Source: Draconibacterium sp. (GTDB lineage Bacteria > Bacteroidota > Bacteroidia > Bacteroidales > Prolixibacteraceae). Taken from it: a stretch of 64,000 nt of DNA. This document shows positions 37,104 through 48,016 of this stretch, one piece after another (the first letter of the stretch is position 1; each line of letters starts with the position of its first letter). The translations under genes and the position numbers were made by a program. A model generated the notes under the pieces. That model was not told where the DNA came from. It searched no databases and saw only the letters and a list, made by a program, of their open reading frames with translations. Location of the stretch: assembly GCA_041596165.1 (NCBI GenBank), contig JBFHJA010000001.1, forward strand, positions 18,956-82,955. Reading direction: 5' to 3'.

Positions 37104-40100
37104 ATGCTTAACAAATTAATACGTTTCTTTCTTGAAAACAAGATGATAACCTTGTTATTATTGGTTGTTTTCATAATGCTGGGCACAGTTTACGCCCCAT
37201 TTAACTGGCACACCGGAATGTTGCCCCGTGACCCGGTTCCAGTGGATGCCATTCCCGATATTGGTGACAACCAGCAAATTGTGGCCACCGAGTGGATGGG
37301 CCGCTCACCAAAGGATATCGAAGACCAGATAACTTATCCGCTGACTACTTCACTTTTGGGGATTCCGGGTGTAAAAACTATCCGCAGCACATCCATGTTC
37401 GGAATGTCGTTTATTTACATCATTTTCGAAGACAACATCGAGTTTTACTGGAGTCGTTCGCGTATTCTGGAAAAGCTGAATTCGCTGCCGTCAGGCACAC
37501 TTCCACAAGGTGTTCAACCAGCCCTTGGTCCCGATGCCACAGCATTGGGGCAAATATTCTGGTACACACTCGAAGGGCGTGACCCCAAAACAGGGAAACC
37601 AACCGGGGGCTGGGATCCCCAGGAATTGCGGACTGTCCAGGATTACTATGTCAAATATTCACTTTCATCATCCAACGGTGTTTCCGAAGTGGCAACAATC
37701 GGCGGTTTTGTCAAAGAATACCAGGTCGATATCGACCCTAATGCCATGAAAGCTTACGGAGTTTCGGTGATGGACATTATGCAGGCCGTGAAGAAAAGCA
37801 ACCTCGATATTGGTGCTGAAACCATCGAACTGAATAAAGTTGAATATGTTATCCGTGGTTTGGGTTATATCAAAAACCTCGACGATTTAAGTGAAGCGGT
37901 AGTAACAGTTCGAAATAATATCCCTGTTCGAATCAGAGATATTGCAAAAGTCAGTTTTGGCCCGGCAACCCGTAGAGGAGGTCTCGACAAAGATGGTGTT
38001 GAAGCAGCCGGTGCAGTAGTTGTTGCCCGGTACGGCTCCAACCCGATGGAAGTCATCAACAACATCAAAAAGAAAATAGAAGAAATTGCTCCTGGCTTAC
38101 CACAAAAAACATTGGCCGACGGTACAGTTTCGAAAGTTACAATTGTACCCTTTTACGACCGCACAGGCTTGATAAAAGAAACTATTGGAACACTTGAATC
38201 AGCCCTTTCGCACGAAATATTAATCGCAATTATCGTAATCATTTTTCTGGTTTTAAACCTGCGGGCTTCGATTCTTATTTCTTCGCTATTGCCCGTTGCG
38301 GTTTTAATGACTCTTATTGCAATGAAATGGGGCGGTGTCGACGCCAATATTGTTGCACTCTCGGGAATTGCCATCGCCATTGGTGTGATGATTGATGTGG
38401 GAATTGTGTTTGTGGAAAACATAATCCGGCACCTCGAAATGCCCGAAAACGTAAATGCAAAAGGGAAAAACCTTGTTTCGGTTATATTTATTGCTACAAC
38501 TGAAGTTTCTTCAGCAGTTACAACGGCTTTGGCGACTACGGTGGTAAGTTTTTTGCCTGTTTTTGCCATGCAGGCAGCCGAGGGAAAATTATTCAGGCCA
38601 TTGGCTTTTACAAAAACATTTGCCTTGTTGGCTTCCTTTCTGCTTGGAATAATTGTGCTGCCCACCCTTGCCAATATTATGTTTTCCATCAGGTTCGATA
38701 AAAAAAGAGTTAGCAGGATATTCAATAGCATTTTAATTGCAGCCGGGATTTTGTTTACCATCTTCTGGGGACAAATACCTGCACTGGCTTTGGTTCTTAT
38801 TGGTTTAAACAACCTCTTTGAATCGAGATGGAAAGAATCACAAAAGGAATTTACGAACTATATCAATGTTGCGATTACACTTTTAGTGGCAGTTTGGTAT
38901 CTCACCGTTGAATGGTTGCCATTGGGTGCAGGAAACAGTAATGTGCTGAATTACTTATTTGTAGCTGTTCTTATTGCTTCGGTACTTGGAACATTGTTGC
39001 TCATTGTACACTTTTATGTGCCAATCCTGAAATGGGCATTAAGAAATAAATGGACCTTCATGTCCCTGCCAATTTTTACAATTTTATTTGGAATTTTAGC
39101 TTGGCAGGGAGCAAACCGTTTGTTTGGTTTTATGCCTGAATCGGTAAAAAACAGTTCGGCATGGAATTCCTTCGAGCATACTTTTCCCGGAATTGGCAAG
39201 GAATTTATGCCCGCGCTTGATGAAGGTTCGTTTTTGCTGATGCCAACCAGTATGCCGCACAGCGGAATTGAAAAGAACCAGGAATATGTTGAACTGCTTG
39301 ATAAACGCTTGTCAACTATTCCTGAAGTGGAATTGGCAGTCGGTAAATGGGGCCGCATCAATTCGGCGCTCGACCCGGCACCTGTGCAGATGTTTGAAAA
39401 TACAATCAATTACGTTTCAGAATATATTTTGGATGAAGATGGCCACCGCATGGGTTTTAAAGTGGACAAGGAAGGTAGTTTTGTTTTAACCGACGGAACA
39501 ACCTACAATCCCGAACGCGATGGATTCAGGAAAATAACAAAAGAACAACTAATCCCGGATAAAAACGGCGACAACCTCCGCCAGTGGCGGCCTGAAATTA
39601 AAACACCCGATGATATCTGGGAAGAAATTGTACATGTTACAAATATTCCGGGCTTAACATCGGCGCCAAAACTTCAACCCATCCAAACCAGGTTGGTGAT
39701 GTTGTCAACCGGAATGCGGGCCCCCATGGGATTAAAAGTGTACGGCCCCGATTTGGAAACCATCGAAAAAGCTGGAATTGAACTCGAATCGATATTAAAA
39801 GAAATCCCTTCCATTCAGTCATCATCGGTATTTTACGACCGTGCCGTGGGAGCTCCCTACATCGAAATTAAACTGAACAGGAAAGCCATTGCCCGTTACG
39901 GAATGACTGTTGAAGATGTTCAGGAAATTCTTCAGGTTGCAGTGGGTGGAATGGCTTTAACAAATACAGTTGAAGGCCGCGAGCGTTTTCCGGTTCGGGT
40001 AAGATATGCCCGCGAACTGCGGAATTCTCCCGAAGAAATTAAAAAAATACTCATTCCTTCAATGACCGGCGTGCAAGTACCGCTGGGCGAATTGGTAGAT

Positions 40101-40922
40101 ATTGGCTACACCCGTGGACCACAAATGATCAGGAGTGAAAATACTTTCCTAAATGGGTATGTAATATTTGACAAGATTGCAGGGAAAGCTGAAGTGGATG
40201 TGGTAGAGGAAGCACAAAAATTCCTGAAAGACAAAATAGATTCGGGAGAGCTGGTTTTGGAAGCCGGGGTAAGTTATGCTTTTGCCGGAAATTACGAACA
40301 GCAAATGCGTGCCACAAAACGGCTTGCCATTGTTATTCCTATTAGTTTAATGATGGTTTTTTTGTTGCTTTATTTCCAGTTTAAAACAATTACTGCTTCA
40401 TCCATTCATTTTTCAGGGGTGTTCGTGGCCTTTGCCGGGGGTTTTATTATGCTGTGGTTATATAGCCAACCCTGGTTTTTGAACTTTTCCGTTGCCGGTG
40501 TCGATATGAGAAACCTGTTTCAGATACACACAATCAATCTTAGTGTTGCGGTGTGGGTTGGGTTTATTGCCTTGTTTGGCATTGCCACCGACGATGGGGT
40601 AATTATGGGAACTTACATCCATCAGGTTTTTGAAGAACAGAAACCCAAAACAGTAAAAGAGGTGCGCGAAGCTGTATTAATTGCAGGCAAAAAAAGGGTA
40701 CGTCCGGCAATGATGACAGCAGCGACAACCATAATTGCCTTACTTCCGGTTCTTTCATCCACAGGGAAAGGCGCCGATATTATGGTTCCTATGGCAATCC
40801 CAACTTTTGGGGGAATGATAATACAAATCATGACCATGTTTGTGGTGCCTATTTTACAGTGTTTCTGGAGAGAAGGTGAAGCAAAGAAACTGGAGAAAGA
40901 ATCTTTAATCCTTGAAAAATAG
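37104..40922 (+). CDS. cusA: CusA/CzcA-family heavy-metal RND permease
   Basis: DAIPDIGDNQ, GPDATALGQ, AEGKLFRPLAFTK, FMPALDEGS, RVRPAMMT. Confidence 0.92.
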   Translation: MLNKLIRFFLENKMITLLLLVVFIMLGTVYAPFNWHTGMLPRDPVPVDAIPDIGDNQQIVATEWMGRSPKDIEDQITYPLTTSLLGIPGVKTIRSTSMFGMSFIYIIFEDNIEFYWSRSRILEKLNSLPSGTLPQGVQPALGPDATALGQIFWYTLEGRDPKTGKPTGGWDPQELRTVQDYYVKYSLSSSNGVSEVATIGGFVKEYQVDIDPNAMKAYGVSVMDIMQAVKKSNLDIGAETIELNKVEYVIRGLGYIKNLDDLSEAVVTVRNNIPVRIRDIAKVSFGPATRRGGLDKDGVEAAGAVVVARYGSNPMEVINNIKKKIEEIAPGLPQKTLADGTVSKVTIVPFYDRTGLIKETIGTLESALSHEILIAIIVIIFLVLNLRASILISSLLPVAVLMTLIAMKWGGVDANIVALSGIAIAIGVMIDVGIVFVENIIRHLEMPENVNAKGKNLVSVIFIATTEVSSAVTTALATTVVSFLPVFAMQAAEGKLFRPLAFTKTFALLASFLLGIIVLPTLANIMFSIRFDKKRVSRIFNSILIAAGILFTIFWGQIPALALVLIGLNNLFESRWKESQKEFTNYINVAITLLVAVWYLTVEWLPLGAGNSNVLNYLFVAVLIASVLGTLLLIVHFYVPILKWALRNKWTFMSLPIFTILFGILAWQGANRLFGFMPESVKNSSAWNSFEHTFPGIGKEFMPALDEGSFLLMPTSMPHSGIEKNQEYVELLDKRLSTIPEVELAVGKWGRINSALDPAPVQMFENTINYVSEYILDEDGHRMGFKVDKEGSFVLTDGTTYNPERDGFRKITKEQLIPDKNGDNLRQWRPEIKTPDDIWEEIVHVTNIPGLTSAPKLQPIQTRLVMLSTGMRAPMGLKVYGPDLETIEKAGIELESILKEIPSIQSSSVFYDRAVGAPYIEIKLNRKAIARYGMTVEDVQEILQVAVGGMALTNTVEGRERFPVRVRYARELRNSPEEIKKILIPSMTGVQVPLGELVDIGYTRGPQMIRSENTFLNGYVIFDKIAGKAEVDVVEEAQKFLKDKIDSGELVLEAGVSYAFAGNYEQQMRATKRLAIVIPISLMMVFLLLYFQFKTITASSIHFSGVFVAFAGGFIMLWLYSQPWFLNFSVAGVDMRNLFQIHTINLSVAVWVGFIALFGIATDDGVIMGTYIHQVFEEQKPKTVKEVREAVLIAGKKRVRPAMMTAATTIIALLPVLSSTGKGADIMVPMAIPTFGGMIIQIMTMFVVPILQCFWREGEAKKLEKESLILEK

Positions 40923-40926
40923 TGCC

Positions 40927-42366
40927 ATGAGAAAAATTAGAATATACATTATAACAGCCATAATATTAATGGCTTACCATACTGGTTTTGCGCAGGGTTC
41001 AGAATCGTTAGATCTTGATTTTTACCTTGAAACTGCAGCCAAAAATAACCCCGATTTAAAAGTTGCATTTACCCAATACCTGGCCTCACTTGAAAAAGTT
41101 CCACAAGTTGGAACTCTGCCCGACCCGCAGGCCTCGTTTGGCTTTTTTATAAAACCAATGGCAATTGTTGGCGGAAACCAGGTTGGAAATATTCAGGTTA
41201 TGCAAATGTTCCCATGGTTTGGAACGCTTCAATTAGCAAAAGATGAAGCATCTGCAATGGCAAAAGCCAAATACGAAGTTTTTAATGCTGCCAAAGCGGA
41301 CCTGTTTTACCAGGTAAAAGCCAACTGGTACCAGTTAATGAAAATGGACCGCGAAATTGTTTTGGTAAAAGAAAATATCGAGTTACTTGAATCACTTGAA
41401 AAACTTGTTCTTGTGAAGTTTCAAGCGCCAACAAGCGAAGGAAGTTCAGCAGGAACAGGAGGTTCAGGTGCAATGAATGCTGCTTCACCTTCGAATATGA
41501 ATGCTTCGGGAGGTGGAATGGGTGGAATGAAATCAGCGCAAACCGCGCCATCGCCAGCAAGCGGGAATATGCAAACATCTTCAATGTCATCCGGAATGGG
41601 AAATAAAACCTCCGGCTTGCAGGATGTGCTCCGCGTAAAAATGGAAATCCTGGATCAGCAAAATAAACTGGCATTGTTAAGCGATCAGAGAAAAACTGCT
41701 GAAATCAGCTTTAATTCCCTGCTCAACCGCGACCAGTATATGTCAGTTGTAATTAACGATTCGCTTGAAATTCAGACTTTGCCTGCCGGAAAACTGGCGA
41801 TTGCTGATAGCATTCTTGCCAACAATCCGATGCTTGCAATGCTCGGGAGTGAAATTTCGTCATATGAAATAATGGAGCAGAAAGCCAAAAAAATGGGATT
41901 GCCAATGGTGGGTGTGGGATTGAATTACATGATCAACCAAAAACGGGAGGGCAACACTTTTATGATGAACGGAAACGATATGGTGATGCCCATGTTTACA
42001 GTTTCGATACCTATTTACAGAAAAAAATACGATGCCATGCAAAAAGAGGCGCAATTCATGCAGGAAGCAGCAAAACAGCAAACCGTGAGTTTACAAAACA
42101 ACCTGCAGGTGCAGTACCGCAGTTTTATTCAAAACCTCGATGATGCTGGGCGACGTGCAGGTTTATACAACGAGCAGGAAGAGTTGGCACGGAAAACCAC
42201 TGACTTAATCCTTTCCAATTTTGCAAGCACCGGGGCCGATTACGAAGAGGTCCTGCGCATGCAATACAAAGTCCTCGATTACGGGTTTAAACATATCGAG
42301 GCAATCACAGATTACAACACTTCGGTTGCAATGGCCGAAAAATTAATGAATTCAGTTAACAAATAA
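40927..42366 (+). CDS. TolC/CusC-family outer membrane protein with Met/Gly/Ser-rich insert
   Basis: Signal peptide, LPDP..QMFPWFGTL; lies between permease and adaptor. Confidence 0.88.
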   Translation: MRKIRIYIITAIILMAYHTGFAQGSESLDLDFYLETAAKNNPDLKVAFTQYLASLEKVPQVGTLPDPQASFGFFIKPMAIVGGNQVGNIQVMQMFPWFGTLQLAKDEASAMAKAKYEVFNAAKADLFYQVKANWYQLMKMDREIVLVKENIELLESLEKLVLVKFQAPTSEGSSAGTGGSGAMNAASPSNMNASGGGMGGMKSAQTAPSPASGNMQTSSMSSGMGNKTSGLQDVLRVKMEILDQQNKLALLSDQRKTAEISFNSLLNRDQYMSVVINDSLEIQTLPAGKLAIADSILANNPMLAMLGSEISSYEIMEQKAKKMGLPMVGVGLNYMINQKREGNTFMMNGNDMVMPMFTVSIPIYRKKYDAMQKEAQFMQEAAKQQTVSLQNNLQVQYRSFIQNLDDAGRRAGLYNEQEELARKTTDLILSNFASTGADYEEVLRMQYKVLDYGFKHIEAITDYNTSVAMAEKLMNSVNK

Positions 42367-42377
42367 TTCAAAACAAA

Positions 42378-44174
42378 ATGAAAGCAAAAGAAATATTTTC
42401 AAATACTTATTTAAAAGCCGGGTTATTTGTGCTGGCTGGTTTATTTCTCGGATGGTTGATATTCCATAATTCAGGAACCACCATAAAAACCAATGAGGCA
42501 GAAGTTCACGAACATTCTGAGGCCGAACATACAATCTGGACCTGTGCCATGCACCCACAAATCAGGATGGATGAACCGGGAGATTGCCCGATTTGTGGCA
42601 TGGATTTAATCCCTCTAAAAAATTCGAATGCCGAAATTGACGACCAGGCTATCGAAATGAGCGAATCGGCCATGAAACTGGCGGAAGTACAAACTTCAGT
42701 TGTTTCAAAAGGGTCGACATCAAAAGACATCCTGCTTTACGGAAAAATTCAGGTCAACGAACGCTTGCTTCAATCGCAAACGGCGCATGTTCCCGGACGG
42801 ATTGAAAAACTCCTGATAAATGTTACAGGCGAACAGGTGCGCTTAGGACAACTGATTGCCAAAATCTATTCGCCCGAACTGGTAACCGCGCAAAAAGAGT
42901 TGATTGAAGCACTTTCGTTAAAAGACAAATATCCTGCAATGGTAGAAGCAACGCGGGAAAAACTGCGCAACTGGAAACTTTCTGATGAGCAAATCGGCGA
43001 GATTGAAAAATCGGGAAAAGTAACTACCACTGTCGATATTTATGCCAATACTTCTGGAATTGTTAGCAGCCGGAAAGTGAATGAAGGCGATTACATTTCG
43101 AAGGGCGCCGTTTTGTTTGATGTTGTTGATTTGACGAAAGTGTGGGGAGTTTTCGATGCCTACGAATCTGATCTTCCATGGATTTTGATGAACCAATCTG
43201 TGAATTTTACGGCACAGGCATTGCCAGGCTTAACATTTTCAGGAAAAATATCGTTTATCGACCCGGTTGTTGATCCAAGCACCCGAATTGTAAAAGTAAG
43301 AATTGAATTGGCAAATCCGGGACTGGCATTAAAACCCGAGATGTTTATCAACGGAACAATTCATTCCACCTTAAAAGGCAGCGGCGAACAACTTACTATT
43401 CCGCAAACTGCAGTTTTGTGGACAGGAACGCGGTCGGTGGTTTATGTGAGGTTGCCGGAAACGGAACATCCTTCGTTTAAACTGAGGGAAATAACGCTTG
43501 GCGCCGCCATGAAAGATACTTACGTGGTACTTGACGGTTTGGCAGAGGGCGAAGAGATTGTAACCAACGGAACATTTAGTATAGATGCGGCAGCACAATT
43601 AGCAGGGAAAAAGAGTATGATGAACCCCACGGGAGGGAAGGTTTCAACCGGCCACAATCACGGCGGACAAACAATGAGTGACGAGGAAATGAGTAAAATG
43701 GAATCGAAAGCTGAGCCACTTAAAGTGAGTGATGACTTCAAAAAACAACTTACTCAGGTTTATAAAAAATACCTCACAATGAAAGATGCATTTGTGGCAT
43801 CGGATGCCCATAAAGTTATGACGGCAGCAACAGATGTAACTGCGGCGTTGAAAAAAGTGGATATGGGATTGTTGAAAGGCGATGCACACATGGTTTGGAT
43901 GGAAAACCTTGCAGTGCTCGAAAAAACAGCAACTTCAATAAGTAAACTGATGGATATTGAAAAACAACGCAGTGAATTTGCGAAGTTCAACATTGCATTT
44001 TACAAAAGCATCAAAGCATTTGGTTTAGATGGTGTTACAGCCTATTATCAGTATTGTCCAATGGCAGAAAAAGATAAAGGGGCATACTGGTTTAGCAGTT
44101 CAGAAGAAATTAAAAACCCGTATTTCGGGGATGCGATGTTGGGATGTGGTGAAACAAGGGAAACCTTGAAATAG
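42378..44174 (+). CDS. cusB: CusB-like RND periplasmic adaptor with HMBD and DUF3347 domains
   Basis: WTCAMHPQIR..CPICGMDL, IYSPEL, LKPEMF, YCPMA..NPYFGDAMLGCG. Confidence 0.88.
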   Translation: MKAKEIFSNTYLKAGLFVLAGLFLGWLIFHNSGTTIKTNEAEVHEHSEAEHTIWTCAMHPQIRMDEPGDCPICGMDLIPLKNSNAEIDDQAIEMSESAMKLAEVQTSVVSKGSTSKDILLYGKIQVNERLLQSQTAHVPGRIEKLLINVTGEQVRLGQLIAKIYSPELVTAQKELIEALSLKDKYPAMVEATREKLRNWKLSDEQIGEIEKSGKVTTTVDIYANTSGIVSSRKVNEGDYISKGAVLFDVVDLTKVWGVFDAYESDLPWILMNQSVNFTAQALPGLTFSGKISFIDPVVDPSTRIVKVRIELANPGLALKPEMFINGTIHSTLKGSGEQLTIPQTAVLWTGTRSVVYVRLPETEHPSFKLREITLGAAMKDTYVVLDGLAEGEEIVTNGTFSIDAAAQLAGKKSMMNPTGGKVSTGHNHGGQTMSDEEMSKMESKAEPLKVSDDFKKQLTQVYKKYLTMKDAFVASDAHKVMTAATDVTAALKKVDMGLLKGDAHMVWMENLAVLEKTATSISKLMDIEKQRSEFAKFNIAFYKSIKAFGLDGVTAYYQYCPMAEKDKGAYWFSSSEEIKNPYFGDAMLGCGETRETLK

Positions 44175-44239
44175 AGTGGAAACCGTGAGGGAGTTGGAGG
44201 GGCTCCTTCCGGTTTCTTTAATTATTTAATTTTCAAAAT

Positions 44240-45052
44240 ATGAAAGCGGTTTTAGTTTATACAAGTTGGAAGAAAAATAAAGAATTGATTCTACATTCTT
44301 TTATTGGATTATTGACCGGATATTTCATTATTCATCCTGTCAGTATGGCAATTTATTGGTTCGAGGAAAACAACGTTGCATTTTCTATAATTCAGGTTAA
44401 AAAGATTATATCGGAGAGTTTAGTTCATTCATTTAGTTTGCACATGATGCCAATGTCTGTAGCCTATTCCATTTTAGGAATTATTGTGGGTCTGGTTTCA
44501 GGACTTTATTATACTTCAATTAAAAAGAAAAATCTGCTTTTATATGGGAAAAAGCAGTTGTTGCAACAAAGTATCCCAAGTCTAATAGCCAGCGGCGAAA
44601 CAGAATTTGTTGAGTTTAAATCTTCACTACGTCATGATTACAGACAAGTGAAAACGGATAAAAACCTGGAACATGTAATCCTTAAATCAATAGCAGGTTT
44701 TTTGAATGCCAAGGGAGGAACGCTAATTATTGGCGTTGATGATTATGGTGAAATACTTGGACTTGAAAATGATTATTTGTCTTTGAAAAAGAAAGACAAA
44801 GATGGTTTTCAACAGCGATTAATAACGATAGTTTCTAATGAATTTGGAAGGGATATATGCCCTTTGCTCCATATCGGATTTCATCAAATTGAACAAAGTG
44901 AAATCTGTACGGTACTTATTGAACCATCTCACCGCCCGGTCTATTTCAAAGAAGGTAACAGAACAATCTTTTTTCTTCGGACAGGAAATGTAACCAATCC
45001 GCTTACAACAAGCGAAACGGTTAAATACTTACAGTCGAAACAAACGCATTAA
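44240..45052 (+). CDS. Two-TM protein with Schlafen/AlbA_2 domain
   Basis: VEFKSS, IAGFLNAKGGTLIIGVDD; two hydrophobic segments at the N-terminus. Confidence 0.8.
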   Translation: MKAVLVYTSWKKNKELILHSFIGLLTGYFIIHPVSMAIYWFEENNVAFSIIQVKKIISESLVHSFSLHMMPMSVAYSILGIIVGLVSGLYYTSIKKKNLLLYGKKQLLQQSIPSLIASGETEFVEFKSSLRHDYRQVKTDKNLEHVILKSIAGFLNAKGGTLIIGVDDYGEILGLENDYLSLKKKDKDGFQQRLITIVSNEFGRDICPLLHIGFHQIEQSEICTVLIEPSHRPVYFKEGNRTIFFLRTGNVTNPLTTSETVKYLQSKQTH

Positions 45053-45064
45053 AAACTGGAAATC

Positions 45065-45601
45065 ATGAAAACAACAATGCTTCTTGTCGGACTTGCTTTT
45101 TTATTATACTTCCAAAGTTTTTCACAACTCGAATTGGAGGGTGTAATAAATTCAAAGTTCAAAACTATTCAATTGGAAGATGGAGAAATTAAGTATTATA
45201 ATTTTGATTCTAAAACAAGTGAAATAAAAATTTATAACCTTGATAATTCATTGTGGAAGTCAATTAATATATCTCTTGAACACAACCATTTTTTTGAGGA
45301 AATTCTTATGATTTCTCAAAATACTATTAATCCTGATAAAGGGATTGAAATTGCATATACATGTTTAAAGTATAATTACAATTCTATTGAAGAAGACCCC
45401 GAATCTGAGACTAATGCTGTTCAGTTTACTTTAAATATAATTGACGAAAGTGGAGAAAAACTGCTTTCTTTCCCTAATAGCCATCAACTGAAACTTACCA
45501 CAACAAACGGAAAGAGTAAACTTCTAATATTTAAAAGTAGAGGTAAAAGTTTTCGGGATGAGAGTGAAATATTGGTTTATGCATTGCCTAATAAAAAATA
45601 G
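45065..45601 (+). CDS. Secreted hypothetical protein
   Basis: Signal peptide, 178 aa. Confidence 0.7.
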   Translation: MKTTMLLVGLAFLLYFQSFSQLELEGVINSKFKTIQLEDGEIKYYNFDSKTSEIKIYNLDNSLWKSINISLEHNHFFEEILMISQNTINPDKGIEIAYTCLKYNYNSIEEDPESETNAVQFTLNIIDESGEKLLSFPNSHQLKLTTTNGKSKLLIFKSRGKSFRDESEILVYALPNKK

Positions 45602-45604
45602 ATC

Positions 45605-45919
45605 ATGGAAGACTATTTAAAATATAAAAGATTTGAGATCAGGGAAAGTATTTCGGAAGAAAAAATAAACGAATTATTGCTGAAATTTAATTCGACTCCG
45701 GGAATAGACAAAATTGGTTGTATGAGACAGTCGATTTCTGTAATCTACAATCCATATCAAATTAGCGGAAAAGAGATTGTGAATAGCTTATCAACTCTTG
45801 GGCTAACAGTTAAAATGGACGACAAAAAATCCTTTAAAAACAGGCTGAAGAAGATGGCTGATGAAAACAAGGAAGATTTTGGCAGCAAACGATTGGGTTG
45901 CTGTGGTTTAAACAATTAA
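45605..45919 (+). CDS. HMA-like protein with C-terminal CC
   Basis: ISVIYNPYQIS..LGL ferredoxin-like pattern; ends LGCCGLN. Confidence 0.6.
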   Translation: MEDYLKYKRFEIRESISEEKINELLLKFNSTPGIDKIGCMRQSISVIYNPYQISGKEIVNSLSTLGLTVKMDDKKSFKNRLKKMADENKEDFGSKRLGCCGLNN

Positions 45920-45928
45920 TCATTAAAA

Positions 45929-46339
45929 GTGAAAAGCTTATATACCATAAAAACAATGAAAGATATTGCAATATCCCGAAATGGGAAATGCTTGTCATTA
46001 AGTTATAATGGCTTAAAATCGAAGTTATTATGGCGATGTCAATATGGTCATGTATGGGAAGCAACTCCCAATAGTATTTTATACCATAAAAGTTGGTGCC
46101 CTCAATGTGCAGGAAATAAAAAACTGGATTTTGGAAAAATTAAGGAGCTGGCGATTTCTAAAGGGGGCAAATGTTTATCCCCAAAATATATTAACTCGAA
46201 GACAAAACTACTATGGGAATGTAAGGAAGGACATCAATGGAGTGCTTCAGCATTTAGCATAAAAACTAGAAATAGTTGGTGTCCTGTATGTAACAAAGTT
46301 ATTAATCAAAAAATTAAACATCATGAAAAAGTTAATTAG
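45929..46339 (+). CDS. Tandem zinc-ribbon (DUF4379-like) protein
   Basis: Two repeats of GKCLS..KLLWxCxxGHxW..WCPxC. Confidence 0.75.
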   Translation: MKSLYTIKTMKDIAISRNGKCLSLSYNGLKSKLLWRCQYGHVWEATPNSILYHKSWCPQCAGNKKLDFGKIKELAISKGGKCLSPKYINSKTKLLWECKEGHQWSASAFSIKTRNSWCPVCNKVINQKIKHHEKVN

Positions 46340-47138
46340 AAAAAACAGGAGAAGGACATGGCTATTTTTAGCAGCAATTGGATTATTGTTATCAAGTTGT
46401 TCAGTTATTAAACCAGGATTTAATGGTGTTATCAACCGTCCGCTTGGCAACGGCTTAAAAACAGATAAAATTTACTCTGATGGAATTGTTACCAGGGGTC
46501 TGTTTACGCAAATGATTAAGTATGACATTAGGTTGAAAAGTTATCAGGAGGAAATTGATATACTTACTTCTGATGCACTTCATATGACTTTAGCCATGTC
46601 GGTTACACTTAAACCTAATCAGATAGAATTGCCTGAGTTAATTTTGGAAGTTGGTGAAAACTATTATCAGAATATTGTAAAACCAAATTTTTATTCTGTT
46701 TCAAGGGGCATAATGGCTAAATACAACTATGAAGAAATTTCTTCTAAAAGTTTAGATATTGAAAAAGAAATTACTTCCGCATTAAGTACCAGGCTTGATG
46801 GAAAACATATGATACTTGATAAAGTTACGCTTGACCACATTATGTACTCGCCAATGGTAACCAATGCAACCGATATAAAATTGGCCACTAAACAAAAACT
46901 GGAACAAACAAACATTGAAGTTGAAATTGCGCAAAAGGAAGCTGAAATTCAAAGGATAAATGCAGAAGGACAACGCGATGCCCAGCAAATAATCGATCAG
47001 GGTTTATCTCAAAGATACCTTCAGTTTAAAGCCCTTGAAGTACAAGACAAGTTGTCGACAAGTGTCAATGCGAAATTTTTCTTTGTCCCTGTTGGCAAAG
47101 ATGGGTTACCTATCATTATTGACACAGGTTCAAATTAG
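46323..47138 (+). CDS. SPFH/prohibitin-family lipoprotein
   Basis: LSSC lipobox, AQKEAEIQRINAEG coiled coil, GLPII tail. Confidence 0.85.
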   Translation: MKKLIRKNRRRTWLFLAAIGLLLSSCSVIKPGFNGVINRPLGNGLKTDKIYSDGIVTRGLFTQMIKYDIRLKSYQEEIDILTSDALHMTLAMSVTLKPNQIELPELILEVGENYYQNIVKPNFYSVSRGIMAKYNYEEISSKSLDIEKEITSALSTRLDGKHMILDKVTLDHIMYSPMVTNATDIKLATKQKLEQTNIEVEIAQKEAEIQRINAEGQRDAQQIIDQGLSQRYLQFKALEVQDKLSTSVNAKFFFVPVGKDGLPIIIDTGSN

Positions 47139-47260
47139 TCAAAGAAATATAATTTGAATTGTATCAAATCAATGTGTATTTAATTAGAATGAAACTTGCT
47201 TGAAAAATTGAATTATAAGAAACAAAACAATAGTAATGTATAAATTAAAAATGAAATGTT

Positions 47261-47638
47261 ATGAATAAAAAAGTAGTCTTATCCCTAATTGTTGTTTCAT
47301 TAATTAGTGTGACAACCGTATTCGCAAACGCGAAAACCGAAAAATTCAAAGTGTATGGAACTTGCAGTACATGTGAAAGCCGTATTGAAAAGGCAACCTT
47401 AGAGGTGCCGGGTGTAAAATCAGCAGATTGGAATGAGGAAACCCAGATGTTAGCTGTTTCTTTTGACGACTCAAAAACTGATGTCCACAAGATACATATG
47501 GCTATTGCTAAAGCCGGGCACGACACAGAATTACACAAAGCCAAAGATGAAGATTATAATAAGCTTAATGAATGTTGCAAATATGTTCGTGCAGAACCCA
47601 AAAAAGAAATGAAGGGCCACGAAGGGCACATGCATTAA
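47261..47638 (+). CDS. Periplasmic HMA metal chaperone
   Basis: Signal peptide; GTCSTCESRIEKA; His-rich tail. Confidence 0.85.
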   Translation: MNKKVVLSLIVVSLISVTTVFANAKTEKFKVYGTCSTCESRIEKATLEVPGVKSADWNEETQMLAVSFDDSKTDVHKIHMAIAKAGHDTELHKAKDEDYNKLNECCKYVRAEPKKEMKGHEGHMH

Positions 47639-47639
47639 A

Positions 47640-47699
47640 ATTATGTAAATCATTCTGGAAATTGTATAACGGTTCATACTCAATAGTTTAGTAAGTTTG
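47640..47699 (+). promoter_or_regulatory. AraC-type operator plus promoter, copy 2
   Basis: ATTATGTAA/ATTGTATAA at 21-bp period; TAAGTTTG at 47692. Confidence 0.65.
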
Positions 47700-47788
47700 G
47701 TTGGAGAGAAGGTTGGAAGTTTCCCGGGGCTTAATGTCCCGGGGAACAACTTCCGCAAAACAGTTATAAACCATTAAAATTATGAGTT

Positions 47789-47989
47789 ATGTTTTTCAAA
47801 GTATTGATACTGTCGGTTATTCTGGTTGCCTTTACAATATTGGCGCTGGGAGTTAAATTGTTGTTCAACAAAAAACCCTCATTTACAGAACATGCCTGTG
47901 CCATGGAGGATGAAAAGTTGAATGAAGCAGGAGAGTGCGCCGGTTGCGAAATAAAAGAACTGGTGAATTGTTCGGAAGAAGTAAAATAG
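47789..47989 (+). CDS. Small membrane protein with Cys-rich tail
   Basis: One TM helix then C..CxxC..C. Confidence 0.65.
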   Translation: MFFKVLILSVILVAFTILALGVKLLFNKKPSFTEHACAMEDEKLNEAGECAGCEIKELVNCSEEVK

Positions 47990-48016
47990 TTTATAAATAT
48001 TTTAAAAAATTCTATC

